A DNA stretch of 64,000 bases from Tubulanus polymorphus (GCF_964204645.1 NC_134027.1:23150560-23214559); one strand, 5' to 3'. Positions 28,605 to 42,044 are shown, numbered from the stretch's first letter. Translations and numbers: made by a program. Notes: generated by a model from the sequence alone, not told the origin.

Positions 28605-29351
28605 CAGATGAAAAAAGAGTGGCTTCAGTCCTATAGCAGAAGAAATGAATACAGACTTTAAAATTGCACTTTAGCTGTACAATTGAATTTCTATAAATAA
28701 ATGACACATACACATTTCTTTCAAATGTTAGACGATTTTTAATCGACAGAAAAAATGAGATGGGCATTGCTAATTGTTGTTCAATTACCGAACTCTAATC
28801 TTTTCGGAGACAATTTTTCCCATCTTTTTATATCCATTTCCAGTAGAGTTTATATGCCATATATGGTTGGAAATTGTAGGTATTCGAAAACTTGTTTAAT
28901 GATATTTGATTCGGGAGTCTAAAGATTGGTCAATTTGGTATGTGCCGGTACCTCGACACAAGCATCAGTCTGCAGCCATCAACAACCCACTATAGTAGTA
29001 TGAAAATCTTGTCAATCGCTTTATTGGAATGAATACGATGTCTGTAGCTAATTGGTTAGTTACTTGTCAGTCGAGATGAAATCCTGAACGCACAAAACGT
29101 CTGGCTTATCAGAAATATTGCAAGAATGGTGATAATGCCTCGAATACCTTAAGAGACTGGTCTGGGCATATATATTTTATAATAAATCATGATAAATCAT
29201 GAATAAAGATTTCAGTTATCTACAAAAGAAAAGATCCATATTGATGAGAGTTTCTGCGAACAAAATGAAAATAGTGAGAAATAATTCGGGGACCTTAATG
29301 GCAATACTAGGTCGCTTCAGCAAGCATCCAGTGAGTATCCGAGCAAAAGCA

Positions 29352-29567
29352 GGAATATGGACGATTAGTCAGTAAATAATTTTTCATCGATATGAGTCTG
29401 TTTCTCGTGCATTCGATTCACATTCCATTTCGGAAACACACGAACAAAGGAAACGGGACGATGTGTGAAACACTTTCAAAACATGCCACTGAAGATATGT
29501 TTGTCAAGTCGACGCATCCTTGTGGTGACGAAATTCCATTCGTTTGTGTAGAGAAATATTACAGGTC
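29352..29567 (+). pseudogene. Partial duplicate of the two C-type-lectin-like exons
   Basis: ggaatatggacgattagt copies the end of exon 26750-26915; NKGNGTMCETLSKHATEDMFVKSTHPCGDEIPFVCVEKYYR copies exon 27201-27347, but its acceptor is lost. Confidence 0.8.
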
Positions 29568-29639
29568 AAGTTCGAGATCACTATTTAAAATCTGGAAGCC
29601 GGTGGCTGAACAAAAATTGCAATGTGACTCTAAACGCAT

Positions 29640-30440
29640 CATCTAAACATTCCTGGCCATGAAAATATGTTGCAGTTTTGTTCGTCTTCCGAATTAGGAC
29701 AATTTGATTGACTATCGCACACCTGTCTGATTGGTATACATTATGATGCGGGACATTTCACAGTACCAGCTGGGCATTCAAAAATGTTCACACCTCAATA
29801 CGTGCTCAAGATTTCTACAAACAGGGTAATCATTTGCCAACCCATCTAGAATACATCGATGACGTCGAGAATAGCAATTCGGGGAAATAAAAGAACACCT
29901 CTGTTTAACAGATTACGCATAGAGGTTTGGGAAATTAGTCATACAATGATTATCATTACTGCACTGAACCGTAGGATTCACTGTAACATTAGTTGATGTT
30001 AGTATTTCATCTTCTTCTCGGCTTCCACTGCAATCCACGACACCATCCTGATACAACTGGGAACTGATACACAGTCTCCACCGTTACACATGAACCCCTG
30101 ACATAGTTCAATAGTGCACTTCAATTCATCGGATTTATCTTGACAACTATTGACTCCATCACATCTGTTAGATGAACTGACACATTGGTCACTCATACAT
30201 TGGTATTGGCCAGATAGGCACGAAGTATGGAAACACGAGTTATCGTCTGAGCCATCCGGACAATCACGTACGAAGTCACATAAACCGCTCATTGATATGA
30301 CCCTTCCATTCTTACAACGGAATTGACTGTATACATTTATATCCGTACAATCAAGTTCATCTTCACCGTGTTGACAGTCGTCCCTGGTGTCACATACACG
30401 GTGGTCACTGATGTATCTTCGATCATTACATTGGAACTGA
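29640..30440 (-). pseudogene. Inverted 5' part (LDL-receptor class A repeats) of the GRL101-like GPCR pseudogene
   Basis: CDFVRDCPDGSDD, QYQCMSDQCVSSSNRCDGVNSCQDKSDELKC and VCDTRDDCQHGEDELDC on the minus strand, with frameshifts and no introns. Confidence 0.85.
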
Positions 30441-32216
30441 TGTCCCGCATCATACTGTATACCAATCAGACAGGTGTGCGATGGTCAATCAAATTGTCCT
30501 AATTCGAAAGACGAACAAAACTACGACATATTTTCATGGCCAGGAATTTTAGATGTGGCCACGAAAATAGATGTATTCCACAGTCTGAAGTGTGTGACGG
30601 TGTTGTGCACTGTAAAATCAGCACTGACGATGAGGCATTCTGTAACATCACGTGTCCCAACCGTTGTAAATGTCAAGGTCATTCTGTTGACTGTAGAAAT
30701 ATTGGTCTCAGTGATATAACCGGCCTCATCACGATGTCAACCAGAATCCTATTGTTGTCAAATAACCGAGTTATTTTCAATGTTTTCGTCTTTTGTTTAT
30801 CTTCGTATGGTCAACATCTCCTCAAATGGAATATCCTACATTTTGCCCAACTCGATCTCAAACCTACATAACCTACACACCTTAGATCTTACACATAACA
30901 ACATTACGTCCTTACCCGCGAATGCTTTTATAGGCTTGGGTAGATTGAAAGAACTGTTCATAACAGGAAATCCAATTCGATATTTAGAAGAAGGTAGCTT
31001 TCGGGGTTTGATATCTCTTGCAATTTTTGATCTTCATGGACTGCATATTTCGGTGCTTGGCGAAAACGTGTTCGACGGTCTATCCTCAATGGTTATACTG
31101 AACATTAGCAGCACTCGAATCAACCGTATATCGAAGTATGCATTCTCTGGTTTAAGCAATCTTTCGCATCTTGATTTTACCAATAAATCCAAGTACATTT
31201 CTACAGAAAATAGCACTTTCGACAACTTGACATCGTTAGTGTCCCTAAAATCTGATGCTTACAAATTTTGCTGTATGGCTCCGAATGTCGGTCAGTGCCT
31301 TCCCAAAGCAGATCAATTCTCCTCCTCTGATTTGATGGGTAACTCAGTCCTCAGAGCGATCATATGGGTCATCGCTGCGTTCAGCTTTTTCACCAACAGC
31401 ATTGCCAATTTACTTCGCATTAAACTAACATCATCCGCAACGCGCAACAGATCTTCTGACATCCTCATCATGAATCTCGCAGCTTGTGATTGCCTGATGT
31501 CGATTTATTTGTTTGTAATCGCAGGAGCCGATTACATTTATGAAGGCGTTTATTTCATAAATTCTGAAATTTGGACGAGCAGTTCATTGTGTCGGGTTGC
31601 TGGGATTTTAGTAACTGTTTCTTGTGAAGGCTCTTAGACTTTCCTGCCCGTTCTCACACGTCATCGATACTCGAATATCACAGATCTATTTTCCGACAGT
31701 TTGTTCGTATCCCTAAAACATGTCACCAGTATTTGTTGTATCTGCTGGGTCATTCTGAGTATAATTTCTTTGTTACCGCTTTCACAATTGTCATACTTCG
31801 GTCAGAACTTCTATGGCACTACCGGAGTTTGTTTACCTATGAATCTGCTAACCATTGATGTCCACGCCTGGCAATATTCTTTAGCCATTCTTGTCGTATC
31901 GAACTCGGCTATACTTGCTACAATAATGGTGACTTATGCGCAGATGTGCAGACTCGTATCTGGAAGCAGGTCTGGCTCGGGTAGAATTGATCCTACCGAA
32001 CTAATTTTGGTGGGTAGGAGTTTGGTGATTTATCTTTCTAATTTAGTTTGCTGGCTGCCGATATTTACCGTTCAGTTTTGTGCGTTGATCTGAGTAGAAA
32101 TACCAAATCAGGTGGCGGCCTGGCTGGCGGTTCTTTTCCTACCGATCAACTCGTCCCTTAATCCCCTTCTTTACACTATACTGACCATTGATTTAAAATC
32201 CATATGTGCAAAATAA
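30441..32216 (+). pseudogene. GRL101/LGR type-C-like GPCR pseudogene: LDLa - LRR - 7TM, intronless
   Basis: LDLa (VCDGVVHC...DDEAFC), LRRNT (CPNRCKCQGHSVDC), LRRs (LHTLDLTHNNITSLPANAF), hinge SDAYKFCCM, TM2 IMNLAACDCLM, GVCLP, TM7 PINSSLNPLLY. Frameshifts near 30550 and 30780; in-frame stops at 31635 and 32091. Confidence 0.9.
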
Positions 32217-32652
32217 AAAAGTCGTCGACAATAGACTAGAGTAAACTCCCTGTACATAATCAACATTTACGTAACAGATTGGTGTTCCTATATATTATTT
32301 CCGTGCGTTTGCTAGGAGAAAGAACAAAGCTCTTGGCTTATTTTTCTTCAATGCAGGGCCCAGGTACACAGTTCGAGTAACTTTCTAATGTGGCTTGAGC
32401 AAAATTGTTGTCGCACTAGCCTTAAATCTAAACAATGACCATGCTACTTGGTCCAGTGACTTCAGACAATGGAACGATTGACAAAGTCTGGGGATCCGAT
32501 TTTTTTCTGCATTATGGCGGATATATCATTCATGTCTTTAGGGTAAAAAACCGCAGATAGATCCTAGCATGTTTGTTTTGTGGAGTCTTTTGGCGATCGG
32601 TCCTTGTAATGATGGCGAATTTATGTCCATTGTGTGAAGTTGGATACAACAA

Positions 32653-32791
32653 CAGGGGCCTTTAGTCAAGACTTAATACAAAAAGTGGTGTTAAATCTTA
32701 AGACTGGTCTTAAGTCGTTAGATTGGCTCTAGAACTTAGTTGGTCTTAGAACGGTCTTAAGTCTAAGCCCTGACTATGGAACCGGCCCCTG
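32653..32791. mobile_element. ~135-bp MITE (CAGGGGCC...GGCCCCTG), PIF/Harbinger-like
   Basis: Terminal inverted repeats plus an internal agaacttagttggtcttaga core shared, in reverse orientation, with 61342-61477 and ~38093-38226. Confidence 0.75.
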
Positions 32792-33807
32792 ATACCAATA
32801 ATGGATTTATTATTGTACATTACACGGGGATTCAAGCAGAGCTTACGGTCTTCATTTTTCTCACTTATCGTTGTTTACGTGTCGTATAAAAAACAATTTT
32901 CTCGAATTAAGATTCTAAGTCGAATGATGAAAAGGTCGAAGGACTGATTATTTTTTGTAGAGGTTTACATCGTACAAAATTGAACAAAAAGTAGAGCTTG
33001 TTGTAGGTTGGGATGACGACCCCATAATGAGATCCCTCATTATTCGTTTTCGGTTGACTCCTCGTTGAACGACTCAGCTATGAACTTATTTAAAAGATTT
33101 CTTTTTGGAAAGACTTTCCTATCCAATTTCCGCCGTCAAATGTGTGAGAGTAGCTGCGAGAAAGGTGGAATCTAATTGATAGAAATAACAGAGATGATGC
33201 AAGTCCTCCTTAGGTTATCTTTATTTCATTTAAAATACGAACTTTAGCTACGAGTGCATACGTGGTAGCTTCCACGTTGCGCGCCAGTGACGATCTGTTC
33301 GAAAAGAACTGAAATTAGCCGCCTGACTTAGAGATTGAAAAATGCATTGCTTTGAAATGTTCGGAACATATGTTTTAGCCGATTTAGCCGAATTTCCGTC
33401 TTCTAGAAGCCGACTTTGAGACGGATTTGAACAGGAAAATGAACTGAATCCTTCACATTTTCTACATTATAATGATAATGACACATCTAATAGCATAGAG
33501 AGATATAAGAACGTTGAAAATGTTATTCCAATTTAAACTTTATATAATTCATTTCGTACACAGATAATAAGTAAAGTTAAATTTACACAGATATTGTTCA
33601 ACTCTCCAATTACGGAAAAACAAAATTAAATTTTGCAGTGACACATGTAAACCATACATTTATGTGACCTCCAGGTGTTCAGTTCGCTCGCGTCGTCTAA
33701 AATCCTGCCGTCGAGTATCGATATGATACATTCCAGAGCTGCGACTTAAGACGATTACATTTGAGGTGAAACAAAGAAATGGAACCATATAACGTACATT
33801 TTGGTGC

Positions 33808-33870
33808 GACTTACGATGTGTTTACACGACTTACGATGTGTTTACACGACTTACGATGTACGACTTACAG
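33808..33870. repeat. 20-bp tandem repeat (cgacttacgatgtgtttaca), about 3 copies
   Basis: Directly visible. Confidence 0.85.
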
Positions 33871-34352
33871 ATAGATTTTCTATGGTGTATATTTGGCGAA
33901 GAAACAAAATGGGATTTTAAAATGTTTACGACTTTGAAGAGTGTGCGATGCGACTGATGCGACTATTCATCGTGGTGACGATTCTTCCTCGCACCGACTG
34001 CCCCAATATTTGCGTACCTCGGGGAAGATTCGTTGGTCTACCGCATACAATCATCATGTCGCTTGAGCGCAAGTTGAATAAGGGAAAATCACGGTAACCC
34101 ATGTCAATTTTATCTGGCAATTCGCTGAATATTTGATAAAACGTATGCCCTCACTTGAGAAGATTCGCTCCTCAAGGCTTTAAACATCGGAACTGTTCAA
34201 TCAGACTCGCTTATCGTTACCAGCTAGATCCATCTCTGTTGAAACACACTGGGACTGGTCTAGTTATATCAATCGTCGGCCGGGATTGCGTTCGATGAAG
34301 CGATGTAATTTTGCGAGACCGTGGAGCTGTCACGACAGAATTGAAGTAGTTT

Positions 34353-37300
34353 CTAGGTCTTGATATCTTCATACGGGTTTTGATCAATTTCAAGTTCGGC
34401 TTTTATTTGGAAAAAAATAAGAAAATTATTTTCAAAAAGAATCAAAAGACATGTTATTAAGTGAATGAATCGATCGCAATCATGTTCCAGATAGAGCGAG
34501 GATGTTATACTTTCCCCAGTGATGGCGGGTTGCAGAGCTAAGAACGTTTGGAAAAGACAAGATGACATGTACATGTTTTTATGATGTTTTCTATAGAAGT
34601 ATGTTCGCAAGAATGTTAGAGAATACTTACCACTGAATGCTAGATTTACATGCGGCATTGCCACTGCGTAAGCGTCTGAAACATATTTGTTTATTATAAG
34701 AAAAATGATAGCAGAGCACGGGCGGAAATGTGTGGAATATACGTACGTGAATATGTGGGGTCATGCAGCTCATAAGTCTTAGAATAATCTGTAAAGGATA
34801 GAAAACGCTTTCATGAGTACTTACGATATTCAAGTACATTAAAAGATACTCAAGACACGCCCTGTTAAAACGTAATGCCATTTCCAAAAATAACTGATTA
34901 GACATGCTTGGAATTTGTACTATCTACCAATATTGTGTACTTGAATTAAAAACAATTGTAAAGAAAATACTTCCAATTCAAACCATAGAAAAGTTTCCAG
35001 AGGCGGTCCCACAGGTCCCCGCATTGTTGGACAGATTTTATCATTTCCTAAGCTAAAACCTTTAGTCGCGTGATTAATTGTCGTTTATCCCTCTTTTGGC
35101 ACAAAATTCAAATTTATGAATCGTTATCGATTTTCAATGATCAAACTGAATCTTCTTGCCTGAGGACAAAGTATTTGCATGTAATATTATCACTCATTCC
35201 TCTTGATACAAATCTTAGCGTGATACCTATTCCTTTCACTTGAAATTGACAAAACTTTTCGAAATATTGTGTCTTAATATTTTACTATTTTCTTTACTGC
35301 TTTGCACAAATAAAAATCTATCGATTAATCGAGATTATCTTATCAATGATACTCAGTACTCAGTATTGATAACCCGCGAAAACATATATATTATTAGTTC
35401 TTTTACTCATTTCTACGAAGAATCAGTTTTACCTTTTGATGAAACTTTAGCTTTAGTTTGCCTGAAATAAAAGCATTTATTTTAACGTGGCATTTTGTCA
35501 ATTGCAAGTTTGGCAAATATCAATCAAGTTCACCGAAATTGGTCGATTCGAGGAAATAATGGGATTCGAACCTACTCAGATATTAAGTCTATTAACTAGG
35601 AACAATTATGTTCAGAGCCCGTGGTGAACATTCTGCTCTTTGAAACATCATCAAATCGTCCTTATTTTGTGGCCATACGTGATTTTGACAAAATCAAGTG
35701 CTGGATTTTCTCGTTTGATGGCGCTATTCAGAACCGGAATATGTTTATTTTTTAAATATTTTATATGAAATATCGTAAACTCTACGTACCCAATGATTGG
35801 TGAGAGAGTAATAAAAAACATCATTGCTTTGTATGGTGTTGTACACGGATCTAAATTCGCCTCTTTTAGCTTAATCTGTTTGTTTTTTATGACATTTAGA
35901 GTGATTTCTAGGCCTTTGAATTTATAATTTGTCACATCCAATGCATCATGAGCATCATGAGGATACATTTTAAAGGATTAAGCGTGACGACGTATAGTAA
36001 AAGAGTTGAATTTTGTCGAAACCCGTATAGTAAATATTCCTGTTTATAGAAACCCGAAAACAGTATCATTCCGTGTCATCAATTGGTGGTTCATACCTAA
36101 GCTATAGTATCAAGCAGATATAGATAGAATAGATTGATATAGCTAGTTGGTGCGAGATAAAGGGACAGCAGATGATTTAATGAAAACTTACGGTTGATTC
36201 GATTCGTGCTTAACGACAAGACCTCCGTTTCTGAGTTGTCTTGTTATATAAACAAGTGCGAGCAAGAACATCACGACCAGAACGAACGACGTGCTACCAA
36301 GAATCACACCGGCAATCATTAGGGGATTAACTGTTATGGCGTCACTCCACTTGCCACCAACTGAATAGAGAAATGACATTCAAATGAGATGCAAATCCAT
36401 TATCTTTGAGAGGCATGAGATTCGCTGAGGAAGCACTACTAGATTCAGAATAAAACCTAAAAATCTAATAGAACACGGCAAAAACTTAAATCAGACACCC
36501 AACTCAGTGTCACTGATACAGCAGTCTTTGAGACGATTGTTAGATTTGACGGTGTTTTTGGAGGTCCTAAAAACAAAAGCGAATAAAAAGACAAGACGGT
36601 ACGCGTTATTTCTGCAAAGATAACAAAGTTATAAAAAAAAGAATATTCTTTTGAGATGGAATTTTGTAGGAATCATTTTACATTCACGTTTCAGCCATGA
36701 TATTTCAAATTAACTTCATCGATGACCAAATAACTAGTACACATAATCGGCAAATGAAAAAAATGTTTTGAAAACTCCATGTCTGGAAATAAACGTCTAA
36801 TGCTCCAGAACTTACCGAATTCTATGAGTTTTAATGTAATTTCTAAGCTACCAATGGAATGCTTCAGTTGACACGAATGAAATCCATAATCGGACGCCTG
36901 AACTGATTCCAAAATAACCTTCCAGTACATTTTTACCGGGGTTGACCAAATTCCCTTGGATGTTAAATTGGAGCTGCAATTTATAGTTGTCGTTGACGGA
37001 TTTGCATCGTAGATTATCGTGAATTCAGCACTTTCTCCTAATCTCGCTGTGACGGGTTCGAGTTCTCTTGAGAGCCTTGGTGCATCTATGGGGAAAAAAG
37101 GGATATCGTTCATACAACATATCTTCTGTCTGGATCGCTATGACATTTCTCCACGGTTCAATATTTCACTTAACATATGATTGGAAATAAGTTGTCTGGG
37201 AAGCAGAAATCTGGCATAAGTCAAATCCATCAAAATGCGACATCAAAATTAGTTTTCAACAGCGGGAGACGTTTAATGTTTTAGATCGATGTCCTCTCGA

Positions 37301-40300
37301 ATTGTCAATTATTTAGGTATCATCGCATTTGCATCCAGATATTTACTATAAGAATTATTTTTAGCTAGTACGTCAATTGTCATGAGTAAACACTTGTTAA
37401 CCTGTCCATTTATAGATGCTCTTAATGAAAATGAAGTTTTGGGTCCGGTTACTTACATTGAACATCGACAGTAGCAATATTACTGATAGTAAAACCCGCT
37501 GTATTTGTTACTTGACATCTGTATCGCCCTGAATAAGCTTTTGATAAATTGTCCAGGTTGAGATGATCCTTTCTGGATTCAGTTGATTCAATTGATTTCC
37601 AGACACCCGATATAGCTGAGAATTGCCAGCGAAAAGTGTAATTGCTAGGATTACCATCGGTTGCAGAACAGTTAAACCGAATTGAACCGCCTTTTCTTAC
37701 TACACTTTTTAATGGTGTCAACGAAACGGAATCGGCGGGATCTGTAAAACAAGACACAGCCACTTTGCTTTTTAACGTAAGACCACTCGGAATATATCGA
37801 ACTGCCATCATCTGAAATAATGCATCATTTTCATGCAAAATCAATCATAAGATAAATATGTAATGATAATTACTCAAATTGGAATGATTAGATAAACACC
37901 ACTAAAGATTACACAGTACGGACAATGAAGCGTTTTTGGTGACACTATTGACAGGTTGGCGGTTCTGATAAGCTGTATATCTATATTGTCTTCCATTTTT
38001 ATCCTTATCAGTTGGTACTATTATAGACTACTAGAGCAATTGTGAGGTTCGGGTTTATGATTGGTTGCTCTGATATAGGCGTTGACGCCAAAGTAGGCCG
38101 GTTAAGTTGTCAGGGCTTAGACTTAAAACCGATCTAAGACTAACTTAGTTCTATATCCAATCTAACAACTGTTGGATATAAGATCACATTTTGGTCTCAC
38201 GTATAGACGATGGAACTGGTCTCTGAGCTGTTACCGAACTTACAGTGAACGATAACTGTTGTATCTTTATATAGATTTCCAGTTTGACATCTGTATCGAG
38301 CCTGATTCATGGTTTTAATTGCAGTAATCGATAATGTACTAGTAGCCACAAACCCGTGATAGGCTGCACTAGTTTTACTCGTAGCTGGTTGAGGGTCAAG
38401 TATGTGTCCATGTTGTAGAGGAATATGTGAACCACTGAATCTGTACAGCCGGGTTTGACGAGTCAGTTCTACACTCTGTTACGAGTTTATTTGTAGGCTA
38501 CATTGAACAATTTGACAGAATCGAAAAAAATCAAATGTTTGGTAAACGTGTTGTGTCTAAACTTACAGTGAACGGTAATTGTTGTATCTTTGTAAAGATT
38601 TCCAGTTTGACATCTGTATCGAGCCTGATTCATAGTTTTAGTTGCAGTAATAGATAATGTACTAGTAGCCATGAACCCGTGATTGGCTGCACTAGTTCGA
38701 TTCGTAGCTGGTTGGGAGTCAACTGGTGTCCATGTTGTAGTGTAATATGTGAACCACTGAATCTGTACAGCCGGGTTTGACGAGTCAGTTTTACATTCCA
38801 ACTGTTGATTATTGTTTTCTAATACATAATCTGCCGGTTTCTTCATCATCGTCAGTGTTGTTGCTTGAACTGGAAATAATTAGTTTTCATTAAATTGTCA
38901 AAATCCGGGGATATTGACGAAACAGAAATTAGTCAAAGGTGGTAGAACAACATTCACTCCATGAGCAGTACTTACAGTTGACAATTAATTGAACTTTATT
39001 AGAATTCATTTGTGTTGGTATACCAGCCCCAGTAGCTGTACATTGATATTCTGCCCGGTTATCTGTTTTATTGACGGATTTTGAATATGTAAAAGGACTG
39101 ACTCCTTGTTTCACAGTGCTGCCCCCTTGTATTCTAGTTATGACTAGGTTTGGTGCCGGGTTACCCCCTGTAGCTGTACACGTTAAGTCAACAGATGCAG
39201 ATTCCTGAACGGGTGACGTCGGTCCTTGTAATGTAACACCACTGGGCGGGTCTGAAATGAAGTAAAATAAGGATTGACCCGAACTGGAACCAAATTCACT
39301 TCTTGGAATAATAGTTATGAAACTATCTGAGCACTTACAGTTGACAGTTAATTTCACTTTATTAGAAATCATTGGTGTTGATATACCAGCCCCAGTAGCT
39401 GTACATTGATATTCTGCCTGGTTATCCGTTTTAGTGACGGATGTTGAATATGTCAGGGGACTAACTCCCTGTTTGACAGTGCTGCCACCTGGTGTTCTGG
39501 TAATGGCGAGGTTTGGTACCGGGTTACCCCCTGTAGCTGTACACGTTAAGTTAACATATGTTGAGTCCTGAACGGGTGACGTCGGTCCTAATGTAACATT
39601 ACTTGGTGGGTCTTAAATGAAGTAAAATAAAGATCGGCCAATATTACTTATAATTTCGAGAAATGAAATACTTCGGGTGTTGGAGCGATTATGTATATCT
39701 ATGTGTTAGTTGATTTCAATAGGTCTACCCATGGATATTTCAATCGCCTGTCAATCACAGGGACCTGTTTCGCTTGAATCTGGGTTAAGTTAAATTGTGG
39801 GTGTAAAAAATCAAAGAAATAATCGGTATCAAAGCCACTCGCTATGCGACTTTGTCTCTTCCAATCTTCCCGCCATTTGGATTCATTTTTGTGAGTACTC
39901 AATTTCATATTCTCGTCGAATTCTTAAGATATTTTTCTTCCGGTTTATGAGTCATTATTATCGCTTATCGCTGATAGATATATGTTTCGATAATGACAAA
40001 ATTTGAAACGTCAACATCATGTACAAACAAGCGCATGAGTTTTCGTTCAACGGCTCCGTGATCTTTATGACATTTTTTATCTAAACTGCAAAAACGATCA
40101 ACTATTTGAAAAATGACATGTTTGATACTAGTTCTAAGTGTGATCGAATGATTTTAAGTGAAGAGTAAAGTGACCACGTGTTTATGAAATACTTACGTAG
40201 AACATCGATAGTAATACTACCAGTGACTGATCCTGCTATATTCGATACTGTACATGTATAAACACCTGAATCAGTTCTACTGATTCGTGTAAAACGTGTA

Positions 40301-42044
40301 ATGTGAGTTTATTATTAGATTGTCCTGATAGATTGACACCACTCCATCTATACTTCAGTCCCGTAGCTCCAGACTGTGAACCGTTACATGTGATTGTTAA
40401 TGGTGAATTCTCCTGTACTGTGACGATGTTGTTGATCGCGGTGTTTGGTTGAGATGTTAGAACTGGTCCACGCGGGGGTGCTGTAAATTTGAAACCATGT
40501 AGAACTACATAGAACTGGAATTGCATAGTGTCTGAATATATGAAACTTAGATAGAAAATATAAAAAGCCAGCAGGAGAAACGTAGGATGAGAAATTTCCT
40601 ATCATGCTCCCAGAACAGCTGTAGATTTTGAAAATCAATTGAACCAATTCATCAACGTCGGCGGCTATGAATATTTCAACGTTGTCGAATAGATTACGAT
40701 TATAATTCGGCACGATTTTCTAATCTCAATTAATAGAACTAAAGTAATGAGTATTCCGTGAGGAATTCAAAAAGTAACAATCGATTTCAGTTACAAAGAG
40801 CAGCTGGTGAATTGGATTGAAAATGACCGATGATTCATTAATTATTTATCATTTTTGTCATTTTGATATCATTCAATCGTTTTTCATTCTCACCTACTAC
40901 AGTAAGTACTGTTCTAGTATTTCGGAAAGAGTTCATGTAGTTACATGCCCATGTCCCAGCATCAATCATCGGTACATTAGTGATACGCAAACCATAACGT
41001 CCAGCTGTGACGTCACATAGTCCAGTGTACCGGGATTCACTGATAGCGCCACGAGGACAGTTTGTTTTATCAAACGCATACTGTACAGTAGGGATACTGA
41101 ATGTCATTCTGTGACCGCAGAAATTTCTACTGGGTGGTGAAACCTGACATTGTACGACAGTGGTGCCACCTAGTTTTACAACTGCTGGTGTTACAACCAT
41201 CGTGAATGTCGTATCCGCTGCGTCTATACAGTTCTGCTGTTGACCTAAACAAGAAGAATAAACAAGAATTTTGGTCGGGCGATATAGCAATTCTCTTTTT
41301 AACATATCAGAGACCATGGCAAATTACTACTTTACTCATTAACACCAAGAGCAGTTCCCAAGGGCATCGCCGCGGGTCGGGGGCCTGAACGAGGAAACTA
41401 AGTCAAAAAATAAGTTCCGATTTATTCGTCATAAAAGACTTTATTTCTGTCTTTTCGTTTTTAATTCTTGAATTCGCTTAAAATGCCCGAAAAAATATAT
41501 TGCAGAGAATTCAATTTGTTTCGAAGGAACCCCGTACCGCCAATCGCCTTTCGCCTTCGGCGCTTGTGTTCCGGATATTCCCAATTCCAACCTTCCTGCG
41601 GGAAATCCTTGAAAGGACCATGGTTCAATAGTAGTTAATCGAGTTAAACCTTCACAATTTATTATCACTTCTTGGTCTACATTTTAGCTCATCAGTTATT
41701 CTAGTCTTTTATTTTGATTAAACAGGATAGAATCAGATTTGATTATCAATCGTCTCATGATACGTTCGTTCAATGCGTTAATTTTTATAGAACCCTCTTT
41801 TTTATTCTGTTTACCGTTTATTTCTGTGTACATCATTACACACATGAACAGACTCATGAGCAGATTTTCCTGCAATTTGAAAAAAGGCAAAAATGGCAAA
41901 AGGTGTTACTATCTAAACTGTTCGACAAACCCAAAAAGGGCTGCCGCTCATGCAGTAACCACATTTGTGGCTCATATTTGTCGACATATCAATAATAATT
42001 TGGAACTGTATGTACAATAAAAAAATTCTTACCTTCAGAAACAT
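34353..42044 (-). pseudogene. IgSF receptor R3: SP - V - multiple Ig - truncated FN3 - TM - tail, with three damaged exons (may still be expressed by exon skipping)
   Basis: Exons 42044-42033 (MFLK), 41869-41815 (signal), 41244-40894 (V), 40480-40197 (8-bp insertion, frameshift), 39611-39339, 39251-38976, 38869-38567 (extra C-type Ig), 38475-38244 (partial frameshifted copy), 37741-37457, 37085-36816, 36566-~36488 (FN3 start only), 36360-36192 (TM), 35461-35433, 34788-34747, 34675-34631, 34399-34353 (NPYEDIKT*). Confidence 0.75.
38093..38226. mobile_element. Degenerate copy of the ~135-bp MITE family
   Basis: cagggcttagactt...tctaagactaacttagttcta matches the copies at 32653 and 61342. Confidence 0.65.

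Noticed and set aside
30780-31637. Functional stand-alone LRR protein of 285 aa
   Set aside because: It is a fragment between a frameshift and a premature stop of the GPCR pseudogene.
39112-39118. V(D)J-type recombination signal (CACAGTG)
   Set aside because: It lies inside Ig coding sequence with no nonamer at 12/23 spacing; the V exons are complete and end in normal splice donors.
38244-39611. Dscam-like mutually exclusive exon arrays
   Set aside because: Duplicated exons occur only as pairs, often with one damaged; each locus has its own start, TM and tail exons, so these are separate genes.
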